Assembly: GCA_013265495.1 (NCBI GenBank)
Contig: MU058065.1
Location: forward strand, 62,001 to 126,000
From: Vicugna vicugna
Lineage: Eukaryota
DNA length: 64,000 bases
Direction of reading: 5' to 3'
Position 1 is the stretch's first letter, and each line of letters opens with the position of its first letter. Made by a program: the position numbers and the translations under genes. The notes under the pieces are model-generated. The model did no database searches. It was not told the origin of the DNA and saw only the letters and a list, made by a program, of their open reading frames with translations. Shown here piece after piece: positions 25,901 to 39,188 of this stretch.

Positions 25901-28741
25901 CGTGCTTTTCCCTCCCCAGAGCTTAGGTCTGAGGTTGCGTTTCTTTGTTTGCCCATTTAAGGACTTTAGGTGTTAAGTGTTTCGGTTAATGTGTCATTTG
26001 ATGCAATTTTAATTATGGGTTTTGCTTCTGCTCTGGAACAAGTTTTACGTTCGGTTATAGGAGTCAGGTTAAGTTAAATGCTGTATTTATTTCATACAAT
26101 ATGAGAAAACTGTCTTACATGGTACGGAATTTTCTCATAACTAGGGGGATAAATATGCCTTATCCAACGAAGAAACCAAATGCAGGTGGTTTTATGCTGC
26201 TCTGTATTTATCAGAAGTTGTGGCAGCTGTGTTTAGATTACTTAAAAACGGCCTGAATCAGAAGAGTTTTGGTTTTCTTTTGTTACTGTGTAGTGCGAGA
26301 ATTCTTCATGGAAATGGCTACTTTGAAGTTTGAAACTTAAGTGAAGATTTGGCCCACGTGCAGGGTATGTAACAGACTTTCAAGTGATAAAGAAGAATCT
26401 TAGCAATTTTCAAGTATGTTCCCTGAGCCTTACAAGTTTTCGCTTTCTTTTAGAAACAATATGCTGATCAGAAAGTTGGCTGATGATGAGAAACGGCATT
26501 TCTGGAAATAGAAAGTAAACTGAAGGGTGGAAGGGTGGAGGTGAATTGCCAATAGAAGTGTTTTATACATTCCCTAGAAAAAAAAGTGATTTCTCAAAAA
26601 GAGGGGGTTCCCTTTTATCCTGATCCATGATCATATGCATCAGCTTAATTAACGTTAACCCTTATCTTCCATTCTCTAATACCATTTACACCTTTCTATA
26701 AGTGCATCATTTTTCTTGTCCTTATCTTAATATATAAAATACAGAGATGGTTTTAAGGGAGACACAAATCAAGAAATCTCAATACAGTAATCTCATAAAA
26801 ATGTCATTTTATATTTAGAGATTAAGAATATAGTTAGGCAGTTACATTCAATTTCAGATATCATCAGTGAAATCTTTCATAACCATTTATGAGGACAGAA
26901 AAACCTAGCTTTTAAAAAATGACCTTTTTTGTCCTGTATGATTCATTGAGCAGACAGGAATTTTTTTTTAAGCCTATTGAAATCAACATTGAAATTGACA
27001 AACATGACTTGGATGATAATTGTATATCTTAAACATTAACATATGTGACAGTCAGCAGGATCCTTTCACTGAGGCAAGGCTTTAAAATACCAAAGAATCA
27101 ATGCCGTAAGAAGTGCTTTCACAAAAAAAGTTATGCAATTATTAAATTACCTTGTAAGATAATTTCTAAAGGCTCAAAAGTATTCATGTATCTTAATTGT
27201 GAGAAAAAGCAGCATTATGCACACTATATATAATATTTGAAACCTATGTAATGCCCTGGATAATTTTTTATTTTATCAAAAATGTGTAGGAGAGCAGCAA
27301 TACCTGAAATTAAGCCATCTGATTTAAACAAGTGTTCTGCAGATGAAAAGTTGTGGTAACAACCTTCGTACAGTTCATGAATCTAGGATTACAACTGGCA
27401 GGAAGGCAGATTAGTTTTATTCTCAGTTTTTAAACCTGGATTGAAGGTGAGAAAACATCAGACAACACCACCATGAGCAGATAACACAACTGGATTGTTT
27501 TTTTAAAGCGCTTGCTTGTTATCTAATTGGTTTTAATGGATTAAGTATTTTATTATACCCATCACAGAAAGATGTATGAAACTCAGCAAAGAATTTATAC
27601 CTTTACTGCTATGAAAAAGCTTGCAAATTAATTCAAGAACAACTTGAGAACTATAAAAATAGAAAATTGCATCATGTATTATGATGCTAAAAAGACTAAC
27701 AGTGACAGACCATGCAAAAGGCAACCATGTGAGATTTGCAGTGACTGTAATGATGTGAGACAAAGTAGACTTTAAGACAAATATTTCTAGAAACAGTCAT
27801 TGCATAAGAGGGTCAATACATCAAGAAGATACAACCATTAGAAATGTATGTGCACTGGAAACAGTCCTAAGTACATGAAGCAAAAGTTGTTAGATGTGAA
27901 TGTAGAAATAGACAATAATAAATTGGTATTTTAATTGTACCATACTCTCAATAATGCATAGAACTAGACAGAAAACCACCACACTATCAATCTAAGATAT
28001 ATAACAACCATTGTGTTTAGTGACAGCAGAATTTATGTTCTTTTAAAGAAGTGTATTCTCCATGATAGTTTACATACTTGGCCATAAAACAAGTCTCCAT
28101 AAATTTAAGAGATTTGGAACTATGCTAAGTATGTCCTCTGATTACAATGGAATTGTATCAGGAATAGACAATAGGAAGAAATTTGGAAAATCCCCAAATA
28201 TTTGCAAATTAAATTACTCTTGGGCCAAAGGAGAAGTAGCAAAGAAAACTAGAAAATATTTTGAGCTGCATGAAAATGAAAACACATTGATATGTATAGG
28301 TTGCAACTAAAAGAGTAAAGGGTATTTGCTGCTTTAAACACCTATATTAGGAAAGGAAAAGGGTTGCAATATTCTATGCTTCTACTTTAAACACTAGAAA
28401 AATAAGAGCAACTTAAACGTATAGCAAACGAGAGGGAGAAAATAACGATCATACTGGCAACAAGTGAAATACGAGTAAAAATAGCGAAAATCAATGAAAA
28501 TAAAAGTTGTTTCTTTGAAAAGATCAGGGAAATTGATGAACCTTTATTAGGCTGACCAAAAAAAGAAAACACAAATTACCGAAATCAGAAAAGCAATATA
28601 TTAGACCCACCTGAGCAAAATTAAAAGAGACTATGAGTAATTTTATGCCAATGGATTAGGCCATATAGATAAATTAGACAAACTCCTTGAGAGACACAAA
28701 TTGCCAAAACTGAATCAAGAAAATAAAATCTGAAAGGAGTT

Positions 28742-29184
28742 TGTATTCATTTCCTAGGCAAACATGACAAAGTAACACAGACTGGGTGGCTGAAAACAAT
28801 AGAAATTTATGTCCCAGTTCTGGAGGCTAGAAGTTGGAGATCAAGGTTTTGGCAGGGCCATGCTCTCTCTGACACTTGTAGGGGAGAAGCCTTGACCCTG
28901 TCTAGCCCCTGGTGGTTTGTCAACAATCCTTGTGTTCCTTGGTTTGCAGCAGTGTCAACTTCAGTCTCTGCCCCCATCATCACGTGATGTTCTCCCCTCA
29001 TATGTCTGCCTCCTGTCCTTATTCAGACACCAGTCATTGTAGATTAAAAGCTCAGCCCACTCCAGTATGACCTCATCTTGACTGATTACATCTGCTATGA
29101 CTCTTTTCTAAGGAACACAGTCTGAGGTCCTGGGGGTTAGGACCTCGACATATCTTTTTGGGTGACACAATTCAATCCATAACA
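28742..29184 (-). mobile_element. MaLR LTR (MLT1C/D-like) nested in the L1
   Basis: Minus strand starts tgttatggattgaattgtgtcacccaaaaagatatgtcgaggtcctaaccccc; TG...CA ends; L1 resumes on both sides. Confidence 0.75.
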
Positions 29185-29893
29185 GTCCTGTAGCTAGGAG
29201 TAAAATTAAATCAATACTTTAAAATATTGCCACAAAGAAAAGCCCAGGCTTAGGTGGATTCACTGATGAATTCAGTCAAATAGTTAAGGTAGAAATGCTA
29301 CATGCAGACGCTTTCTGAAATAGATGAGAGAGCACTTCTCAATTCAGTCTATGAAGATGTTTACTTCCCTGATACTACAGATAAAGACATTATAAGGAAA
29401 GAAAGCTACAGATCACTATCTCTCAAGAACATTAAAAATCTCCGCTTTGCAAACCAAATCCAGCAATGCATAAGAAGGACTATATGCCATGAATGCAAGG
29501 TTGATTTAATGTTGGGAAAAAAAAAAAGGTAAAACACCAGATAGTAAACCAAAGGACAAAAACCACATGACATCTCAATAGATACAGAAAAGCATTTGAC
29601 AGAATTTAACACACATGATAAAAACTCTGAAAAAGTACAGTTAGAAGGGAACTTCCTCAGTCTAATAGAGGGCATCATAAAAAAACCTATAGCTAACATC
29701 ATACTTATTGGTAAAACACTGAATGCTTTCCCCCTAAGATGAAGAGTAAGGCAAAGATGTCTGTTCTCACCACTTACATTCAAAATTTTACTGGAAGTTT
29801 TAGCCAGTGCAGTGAAGAAAACAAAAGAAAAAGCATCAAATTGAATAGTTGACAGATGACTTGATCCTACGTGTAAAAATCTTAAAGAAAACA

Positions 29894-29924
29894 CATGCGT
29901 GCGCGCACACACACACACACACGC
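29894..29924. repeat. (GC)/(CA)n alternating purine-pyrimidine tract
   Basis: catgcgtgcgcgcacacacacacacacacacg. Confidence 0.85.
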
Positions 29925-32900
29925 TACTAAAATTAATAAATGAACTTAGCAGAGTCTTTGGGTACAAGGTCTCTGTATATTTCTTTATGCTACAAATTAA
30001 CAGTTCAAAAATAGCATTAAGGAGATAACTTCATTCCAAATAGCATCACAAGGAATAAGATACTTTGGAATAAATGTAATAAAAGAGATACATGACTCAT
30101 AACACTGAAAACTACTTAAAATGGCTGAGAGAAATTGCTTTCATGTTCACACACTGGAAGGCTCAATATTGCTAACATGGCAGTTCTCCTCAACATGATC
30201 TATGGATTCAAAACAATCTCCAAAAATCTTAGCAGGCTTTTTTTAAAAAATGGAAATTGACAAGCTGATACTTAACGATACTAGTGTTTTTCTTAAACTA
30301 TATTTACAATACGTGAAGCCCATGATGATTTTAGGGTTGAGCAATAGTATTTATAACTTAGAATAAAAGATCTATAATAGCCAAAACAATTTTGAAAAAG
30401 AATAAAATTGGAGGAATGACACCACCCAATTTCAAAATACACTCTAAAATTATAACAATAAAGATAGGTTATTACTGGTGTAAGAGTAGGCATAGAGATT
30501 AATGGGACAGAATTTAACCTCCAATGTGGTCAGTTGATTTTCAACAAGATTGTCAAGGCAAAGTATAGTCTCTCCAACAAATAATGCTAGGAAAATTGGA
30601 CATCTATATGAAAAAAAGACTATTAACTTGGACTCATACTTCACACAATACACACACAAAAAAACTCCAAATGAACATAGACCTAAACATAATAGCTAAA
30701 GGTATAAAATTTCTGGAAGGAAACACAAGAGAAAATCTTTGACGTCTTAGGTTAGACAAAGGCTTCTTAGCTATGACACCAAAAGCATGACCCACAAAAG
30801 AAACACTGATAAATTAGACCTCAAAATTAAAAAAAAAATGCTTTTTAAAAAACATCACTAAAGAAAATAAAAAGCAAGCCACAGACTGAAAGGAAATGTT
30901 TGCAAACTTTATACCTGATAAAGGATTTGTATGTGGGATATTTAAAGTATTCTTACAACTCAAGAGTAAGATATACTATTCAGTTAAAAAGAGGGCAAAA
31001 GAGTTGAGTAGACACCTAAGAAGATACATGAATAACTAATAAACATATTTAAAATATTCCCAACATCATTAGTCATTAGGAAGATGCCATTTAAAACCAC
31101 AATGAGATACCCAACATTCCCCTACCTCCCCCTGAGGGACTATAATTAAAAAAAGCACTGACTGTAATAATAAAACACTGAATATGGAGAAACTAGAATC
31201 TTCATACATTTCTGGTGGGGATGTAAAATGGTGTGGCCACTTTGGAAAATATGTGTTTTTTTTTTTTAAGTTAAACATACACTTAGGATACAACTCAGCA
31301 GTTCCACTCTTCGGAATCTACCCAAGAGAAATGAAACATGTCCACAAAAGACTTGTATGCCAATTTCAAAGCAGTATTATTTATAATAGCCAAAAACTGC
31401 AAATGATCTAAATGGTTATCAAGCATTGATAGATAAAGCAATAGAAAATACACAAATTGCTGATTCATCCTACAATCTGGATGAACCTCAAAAACAGTAT
31501 GCCGGTTGAGAGAAACCAGATCCAAAAGATTACCTGTTGTGTAATTCTCTACATATGAAATGTCCAGAAAAGGCAAATCTATAGACAGAAACTAGGAACT
31601 AGTAGTGGAAGCTGGGTTAACTGTAAATGGACATGAGAAAAATTTTTGAGGTGATAGAAATGTTTAAAACTAGACTGTGATGATGGTAATCCAACTCTAA
31701 AAATTAATTAAAATCACAAAGACTCTATACACGGACAATGGCTGCATTTTATGATATGTAGATTCTACCTCAAAGCTGTTTGTGGATGCCATCCTCTAGG
31801 AACTTCGAGTCTTGTATAGAAGCCAAGGGATCTACATAAACTTCAGCAAAACGAGATAGAAAGAGCTGACTTCTCTAAGTGAGGTTTAGTTAAATTAACT
31901 GGGGACTTAAAAGGAAGCTAACGTTGACTAGAACTGTAGACGTGCGAGGATGCTTTGTGGAGTTGACATTTGAATAGTTTCCTAGAGGTACAAGTGGGAT
32001 TGGACTTCGATGAATGGAAGAGAATTCCAGGCCAAAACAAACAAACAAACAAAATAGTGAAATGAGAACAATATTACGAGGAATTAATCATTAGGGTGAT
32101 TTATGTTTTATGTAGCCTTTGAGTGGGGTATTATTTTGATCAATAAGGAGTGAGAAGGGAATGCTATGATATCCAGTATTCTTGGTGTATGAGCATTGTA
32201 ATGTAGGTACTGGACTAAATGGAATGGAAAAACAAATTTAGAATAATGGGAAAAGTTAGCTGTAGATTATGGATTTAAAGTATACAGAATATTAAATTCC
32301 ACTTAAAAAACATTAATAATAAAAATGCAATCAATTAACATGTCTTAGAAATTCTTACAATGATCTTGTCTTTGAGTCTTCTTATGGAAGTGTATGCTTT
32401 AGAACTGCAGTGGTTTTTCATTGGTTTAAATGAGAAATGTAGAATTAAGAATCTATCATGATTGAGTTCATTCTATAGCCAATGAGAAAAGTTCTGGAAA
32501 TAATACGATATTACTGTAACTACAAATAGGAGCGATGCACTTACAGTGGACCTGTGATGGTTAATTATCCTGACATTATTATGGTCATTATTATAATTGC
32601 ACATCTATTGTCACTAATCAACTCTCAATTAATCTAATGGAGCTGAGAGGAGCTGTGATAACACTAAAATAATTTGTGTTACTCTGCAGGTATTTTAAGG
32701 CTTACAATTTAATGCTTAAACTCCTGCCCCTAGATCAGCCGCTCCCTGACTTCCAATCATATCAGAAACAAGATTTTTTTATTTCCTACATTGGGGCACT
32801 AAACCAATGGAATCTCATTCTCTCCTCAACTACTGTCTTAATTTTTTCGTAAGGAGCAGTCCCCCCACTGCATAGAAGGTGAAGAAGCTGGAATTTCTTT

Positions 32901-35188
32901 CTCCCTGCCCCAGTACCCCTGTAGAGCAGGAATGTAAGTAGGAAGCTGTCAGTCAAAGGCTCTCTCGGGACTTGAACTGTAAGGAGGATCTGGAGATGAT
33001 GAGGCCGTAGTCATCTCAGCGTCAGAAATGGCAGTGCTTCAGTGGAGGCTGAGGACCTCTCAGAGCACGTAGGGGAGGGCAGGGTGTTAGCTTGACCACC
33101 TCAGGATTCCCTGAACTTTAACACAACCCCTGACTCTGTACTGCTGAGACCTTCAGATACAGATTTTACTTTCTTACAACTCCGTGTTATTTTAGTAAAT
33201 TTTAAAATTGTTTTCTCACTCCTCTAACCTCCTGTACGGTGTCACTGTTACCACTACTGTGACCTCTACTTGGTAAGTAAGATAATGCATTTAGACCTCT
33301 CATCAGAGTGCCTGGCACACGATAAACACTCAGTAAACATCAACTGGTTTTGTAACTACTATTAGCCACCGTGTGTTGAGTGTCTACCGTGTGCCAGGAA
33401 CTTCACCTCCACTTTGTAAGTGAGGAAACAGAGGGTCAGAGAGTCTAAGTAATTTGCCAAAGCTCACAAACCTAGTGGACAGAGGGATTAATGGTTCAGA
33501 CTTTTCAATATACTGTTTCTGCTTCTGAATATGAAATAGCTAGTACCGCTTGTAGTTGGATTCATCATCATCCACATAAAAGGTAAGTTTGTTTTGGCAT
33601 GTTTACATAAAGTTTTCATTGTTTCATTAATTAAACTATAAAAAATGAAAATGACGATTATTCACTATCCATTTCAGAATTGCTTTCAATGATTGTGTTT
33701 CTTTCAATTTTCTACATTTTTCTATTTTGAGAAGTATCTTTTTCTATTGAGTATTTTGGATGAATCTTCCTTAATCTTGTTTTGACTCACTATGATTATT
33801 ATCTAAAAATTAAATTGGGTTTACAGATGTCCTATTGTTCTTATGTTTACGAGATAATAGTAGAATATTGTTGGAGAGTTCCTGTTTCTTTCAAATAATA
33901 AATCCTAAATAAGCAGTTTATTTTAATAATCATTCCTTTAACAGCATTTTTCTTTACATCTGCAACTGCCACTTCTATTTTCATATCAACTAAAATTCTG
34001 ATGCTTCCATGACTACAATGAATAATTTCACTCCAAACTGCCACATCACATTTTCTATGTGCCATTTGAGATCTCGTAGGAGCTTTCCTAAACCACATCT
34101 CCTCAAATCTGGCAGAATATATCATGAAGACTGTATATGTGCTTTGTGAAAAGACAATTCAGATAATAAATTCTTAGCAAAGGGAGATCTTTGAATGTCC
34201 TTGCTAGGAAAAAGTACTCAAAAAGGAACTTGCATCGAAATATGGGAAATGAGGCTGTGATGACAGCCATGGGTGACTCAGGCGTTCTAGCTGTCTTTCC
34301 CGTCTGCCCTCGGTCCCCGGTGATTTTAGGACCTTCTTTGGTTCATGCGAGCACATCCACATGCACATGGACACAGCTCTGTCTCCAGGAACATCTGCTA
34401 ACAATTAAAATCCCTTCAAAAACACCTTTCCATCGACAGACATAACCTGTTTTTAAATGTAGGGCTGTTGAGGGAACACTTAGGAGAGAATAAATTTCCT
34501 CAAAGGTCAGTGGGTCAATCTGTCTCCCAGCAAGTGGAAGTCCTGACCAGAGGGAGCTGGAGGCAGAGGGATCTTGATTGGAGGGAACTGGGGACAAAAG
34601 ACAGAGTTGAAAAATTTGCAGAATTATTGCTAAGCTTTTACCCAATTTACTACAATAGGACTAGGAAAAATAGAAGCCACTAAGTGGAGCAGAAGGGGAG
34701 GGAATTTTTGACATCCCCTGTAATCACAGATGGCTCCACCTCACATAATTTAGATTTTTCTTTTTTGGTTTTACTTTAACACACCTGACTTCTAACAAAA
34801 GCCTCTCTTTCTCACGGGATTTGTTATTTGCAAGCTAACTATAAAAGTAAAGGCTGTCATTTATCTGAGAATGTTAAATACATATATAAGTGAAAAGGAT
34901 TTTTTATATTTCACCATTTATTTTTCTTGAGTTATGAGAATGCCAGTCTTTAAGTGGATGGCAGATCATATAAGTTTTCATACTGCCAATGATTTTTTAA
35001 CTTATTCTGAAATAATTGCAGACTTTATAGAAAAGTTGCAAAAATAGTACAGAGAATTCCTGTATATTCACAAAATATCCTAAGTGTTAACATATGTTTC
35101 TTTCTCTCGCTCCCTCTCTCTATATATTAAAATTAATATGTCAGTATATATTATATATATAAACACACAATTTTTCTGAATCATTTTG

Positions 35189-36000
35189 CTGTCAAACTCC
35201 AGTTCATGTGCCTGATGCACAGTGAGGCCAAACTGAAATGTAGGAGTCTGGAGCAGAGAAAGGTTTATTGCAGGGTCCATACAAGGAAAACAGGTGGCTA
35301 GTGCTTAAAAATCCGAACCCTGATGGTTTTCAGAGAAGCGTTTTTTATAGGCAAACTTGGCGGGAGCAAGGATCTGCAGGGTGTGTGGCCTTCCTCTGAT
35401 TGGTTGGTGGTAAGGTAACAGTATGGGTGTAGTTACCCCAAAAACTGGGTTCGCCTCTTGGTGGGTGTCAAGCAGAAAGACACAACCAAGTCAAAGATTA
35501 GGAGAAGGAGGGATTTATTACTTCCAGGAAGTGAGAACACTGGGGAGCTGCAGGAAAGAATTCAAGAGCTAGCCACAGTAAAGTGAAAGCAAGTTTATTT
35601 ACAGAGCTAAGGCAGATTCTGGTCCTACCCAGAGGGTGAGAGCAGGCCCCCAGGGCGTGCCAGCGGTTAGTTTTTATGGGCTGGGTATTTTCGTATGCTA
35701 AGGAGTGAGGGGAGTAGTCTAACTATTTTGGGGAAAGGGTGGTCATTTCCAGGCATGGAAAATCCTTTTATGATCAGCCTCAGAACTGCTCTGGCACCAC
35801 CAGTGGGTGTGTCATTTTGCACGCTGATGTCTTACAGTGACCATGTAATGAGGCTGAAGGCCTTCTGGAAGTCAGATCTTCTGCCATTTTGGGCCTGGTT
35901 GGTTTTAAACAGTTTTTGTCCTATTCTGTTTTTCTCAACAGCTGTGTCTTCCTCTTCATTCTTTTAATGGTTGTACCCAGTGTGCTTCCTTCCTGTCTTA
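35189..36000 (-). mobile_element. Composite of ERV LTR fragments
   Basis: Three antisense poly(A)-signal-like TTTATT motifs (~35264, ~35514, ~35593), each in LTR-like 3' context; TG boundaries at 35189 and 35428. Confidence 0.55.
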
Positions 36001-36546
36001 AAAGAGTAAGCATCTCCACAAAATTAAATACATTTGACTAAATAATAGCCCAGAACTTTAAAATTAATTGATTGAATAAAATAAGCTAGAAAGGAAGAAG
36101 ATACCGTGGATGGGGCAAGGTCAGGGTGGGCTCGGGTCTGAGAGGCTACGGCAGAAATTGCTGTTACATAGAGCTTTACAGCTATTTCAGGGCCTATTAG
36201 CAGTTTTTGCTTCTAATTTTTTGACTTACAATGAACAAGAAAGCATAGACGATTGGAAAGTGTACAGAATATGATTTTCAACTCTCCCACTAGCTACGTG
36301 ATCTTGACTAAGCCACTCAAGTCCCCCGCAGCTTAATTTCCTCAACTGTAAGATGAGAAAATCACATGTGATTATTTCTAAGGTCTCCTTCAGGTTAAGT
36401 ATTCTAAGATTCTAAGATGTAGCGGAAAAACTAAGCAGCGCATTAGGGAAAAAACCAAAGACAACGAGATATTAAAATATGACTAGAAGGAAGAGTTGCT
36501 GAGCCAAAGAGAAGACAAAGATTTGAGATATAAAGAATCCCATAAT

Positions 36547-36642
36547 CTTTTTTTTTTTTTCTCCCTGTGGATTGAACCCAGGACCTCATGCATGCTAAGC
36601 ATGTGCTCTGCCACTGAACTATACTCTCTCCCTCTAGGTGGC
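36547..36642 (-). mobile_element. Short tRNA-Ala-derived SINE (camelid vic-1-like) with 14-bp TSD
   Basis: Minus strand gggagagagtatagttcagtggcagagcacatgcttagcatgcatgaggtcctgggttcaatcc...A13. A box 36611-36621, B box 36569-36579. TSD aagaatcccataat at 36533-36546 and 36643-36656. Confidence 0.9.
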
Positions 36643-38786
36643 AAGAATCCCATAATTGTTAACATTTAAAAATTTACTTAAGTTTAATTAAAGCTGTGTT
36701 GGTGTAGAAAAGTAGAAAGCATAAGATACACAGTTTTGCTATATTTTGGAATGAAGGAAATAGAACCAAGCAGTCAATAAACTAAATATAACACACAGTT
36801 ACTTAATAAATATGTCTTGTGCTATGAAGTCTTTGAGAGGCAATTGCAGCTTTATACAAAGAAAATTCCTAAATTATAGAATAATGGATAACTCAAAAAA
36901 ATTTAAGTTTTAAACATTTCTATCTACTGAGAGCCAGTAAGTCATAGGAAAAAAGAAAAGGAAAAAAAAATAACTAAACAAAGTCAACAAATTTGGAACA
37001 AACTCAAGCAAAGAATAAATTGATTATTCTTAATTTAATAGGAAAAAATATATTCATTCACTGCTTTTTCAAAATAGAGAAAACACTGTTTGTTAATCAT
37101 CATTGCATTCATAACTGGCTTGAATTCAGACAAACTAGGCTTCAGTCTTAATCCCACCCAGAGATCATGTGATCTGACCTACCTCTTAACCGGGGCAATA
37201 ATTTCTTCCTCTGTGGCTTCTTGTCCAGATTGATTGAGATAAGACATAGAAAGTGTATATCTTAATCACTGGCATATAGTAAGGGCTCAAAACAATATTA
37301 AGTATCATATCAACTTTTCCCTCATTCACATTCAAATGTCCACTTTGAGGGGGAAAAACAAACATTTGAGTGTCAGAAATAAAAGAGGAAGGAGGTACAA
37401 GAAGCCTAGAGGAACAGCAGGGGCTGTAACTTGCCCATCTTCCTGGACCACTTAACAGGCCCTATTTCTTCAACAAGATTCTTTGAAAGATCAGTTGCCT
37501 TTCAGCAACCCCCATTTCGATCTGTGTTAAAAGCTTTTCTGAACTTACTTTCAAAAATAAAAGTTATTTTTTAAAAGAAACATTTACTTTTCTGTCGGCT
37601 TTATTTTAGAGTATGCACCTGAGAAATATAAGACTGCACAAGAGTCTTGGGGAGGAGTGATGACTAGCCATTAGCCTAAACAATGCTTTGCTATGAATAA
37701 TACATTCGCTTGCCCTTTCTTTGGTTGGGTGAATAAAGCACCTTAAAAGGAAAATTGAAACAAGGGTTTACTACTTACTTTTTTAGGTTTTTTTTCTTAG
37801 GTCCTATGAAATACTGTTTAGTCCGTGTCAGAAAAAGAGTCATCCTCACTGATTAAAATAAAACTGTCACTTACTGAACTTGTGCCACGTCCTTTATTCA
37901 TCAAACTACATTTATCCTCCTAATGAGTCTGTGAAGTAGAATTATTATCTCACTTTACTGACAAGGCACTGAGAAGCAAAGTGACTAGTACAAGTTTACA
38001 GAGACAAAAAAATGAGATACTTGGAACCCAAACCTAAGTCATCACGGATTTATGCAAAAGGTTGCGCTGCCCTAGCTAAAAGGGAGACCTAAACTGCAGG
38101 AGAGGAAAGAAATGGTACCAAGACATGTAGTTTTCAAACATAAACCTAGATAATAAATTATTAACAGATTTTTAATTTGAATTTTCCTGAGACTTATTTT
38201 CAGTGCACATAATCAAGGGAGGAAAAATAATGAATGGAAAGTTTTACATTTTCATTGCCAGGTTATATTTGATCTTGGGAAAAGGCAACCCTACTGAGGC
38301 CTGACTGAGAAATAATATGAAACATTTTAACTAATTTTTTAATGGAATGAAAGAAATGTAGAACATAGTTGCCCATCGAATATTCTTGGGCTGTTAATCA
38401 CATATGATTGCTTTGAGGTGAGTTTTTTAGAATGGTTTTAAAATTATTTACTTTCATTTTTGGTAAAAGACTGTAACCAACTGTGTTTTCTGTAAAGCAA
38501 CAGTCTCTCTAAGCAGGATCTTTCCTTTTGCTGTAAAAAATACACACCAAATAAAATATGCACATCAATTAGACATGGCAAATTGTGTAGCCTCTTAGAA
38601 AGACTTGCGTTAGATTGGACCTTCTTATGATTAATGGGCATTCTGCGAACGAATTAGCCCAGATTCTGCCCAGGAGCACAGTACGGGCATCCCAGGAGGA
38701 TGCAGTAGAACAAGTCTGAACGTGGAATATCTGTCTTCATCATCAAATACTGTTCAAAAGCAATTGGTTTTGAAGTACCCTTAAGA

Positions 38787-39188
38787 CAGGGGTCACAAAC
38801 TCCAGTGCCTCGAGGAGGTAGGCAGGTGATATAAATGAGTCAAGTGGGCTGGGTAGAAGAAAGCATTTGAAACATGGTGGTGACAAATGGCACCTGACAC
38901 TTGGCTGTAGTGTCAGGGAGATGATCTGGAGCCATGGGATTATGGCAGACTGGCCATCAAAAGGGGCAGCTGCTTTTCAGTTTTGGTTGACTGAGGCCAT
39001 TTGGGAATTGAGGGGGAATGCTTTCAGATCATCTGATTTTTAAACAGAAATTAGAATTTCAAATTTTGATGAATCATCTTCTAATGCTTCATGTTGACAA
39101 TTCATTTTAAAAATGCTATTTGAGCCCGTTTTTAAAGCTACTCATAAGTACACATCTGGCCAGCTGGCTACCAGTTTGCCACTTCCTG
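38787..39188. mobile_element. hAT DNA transposon remnant (MER102-like)
   Basis: Imperfect terminal inverted repeats caggggtcacaaact ... agtttgccacttcctg. Confidence 0.5.

Larger units (their letters stand above)
27690..31782 (+). mobile_element. Decayed old L1 (ORF2 remnant plus L1MB/ME-like 3' end)
   Basis: ORF2-like remnants (ILGHKTSLHKFK; gatacagaaaagcatttgacagaattt; aacactgaatgctttccccctaagat) and 3' end aggcaaatctatagacagaaa...ctcaaagctgttt; many stops and frameshifts. Confidence 0.85.

Noticed and set aside
24908..25976. Several 60-211-aa ORFs in the RHBDD1 CpG island
   Set aside because: Pro/Arg/Gly/Ala-rich products expected from stop-poor GC-rich DNA.
33847..34125. 92-aa minus-strand ORF as a pseudogene or exon
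   Set aside because: No family I can recognise and no clear splice sites; possibly old repeat. A tBLASTn/Dfam search would settle it.
36560..36635. Functional tRNA-Ala gene
   Set aside because: No intact acceptor stem; A tail and TSD mark it as a retroposed SINE.
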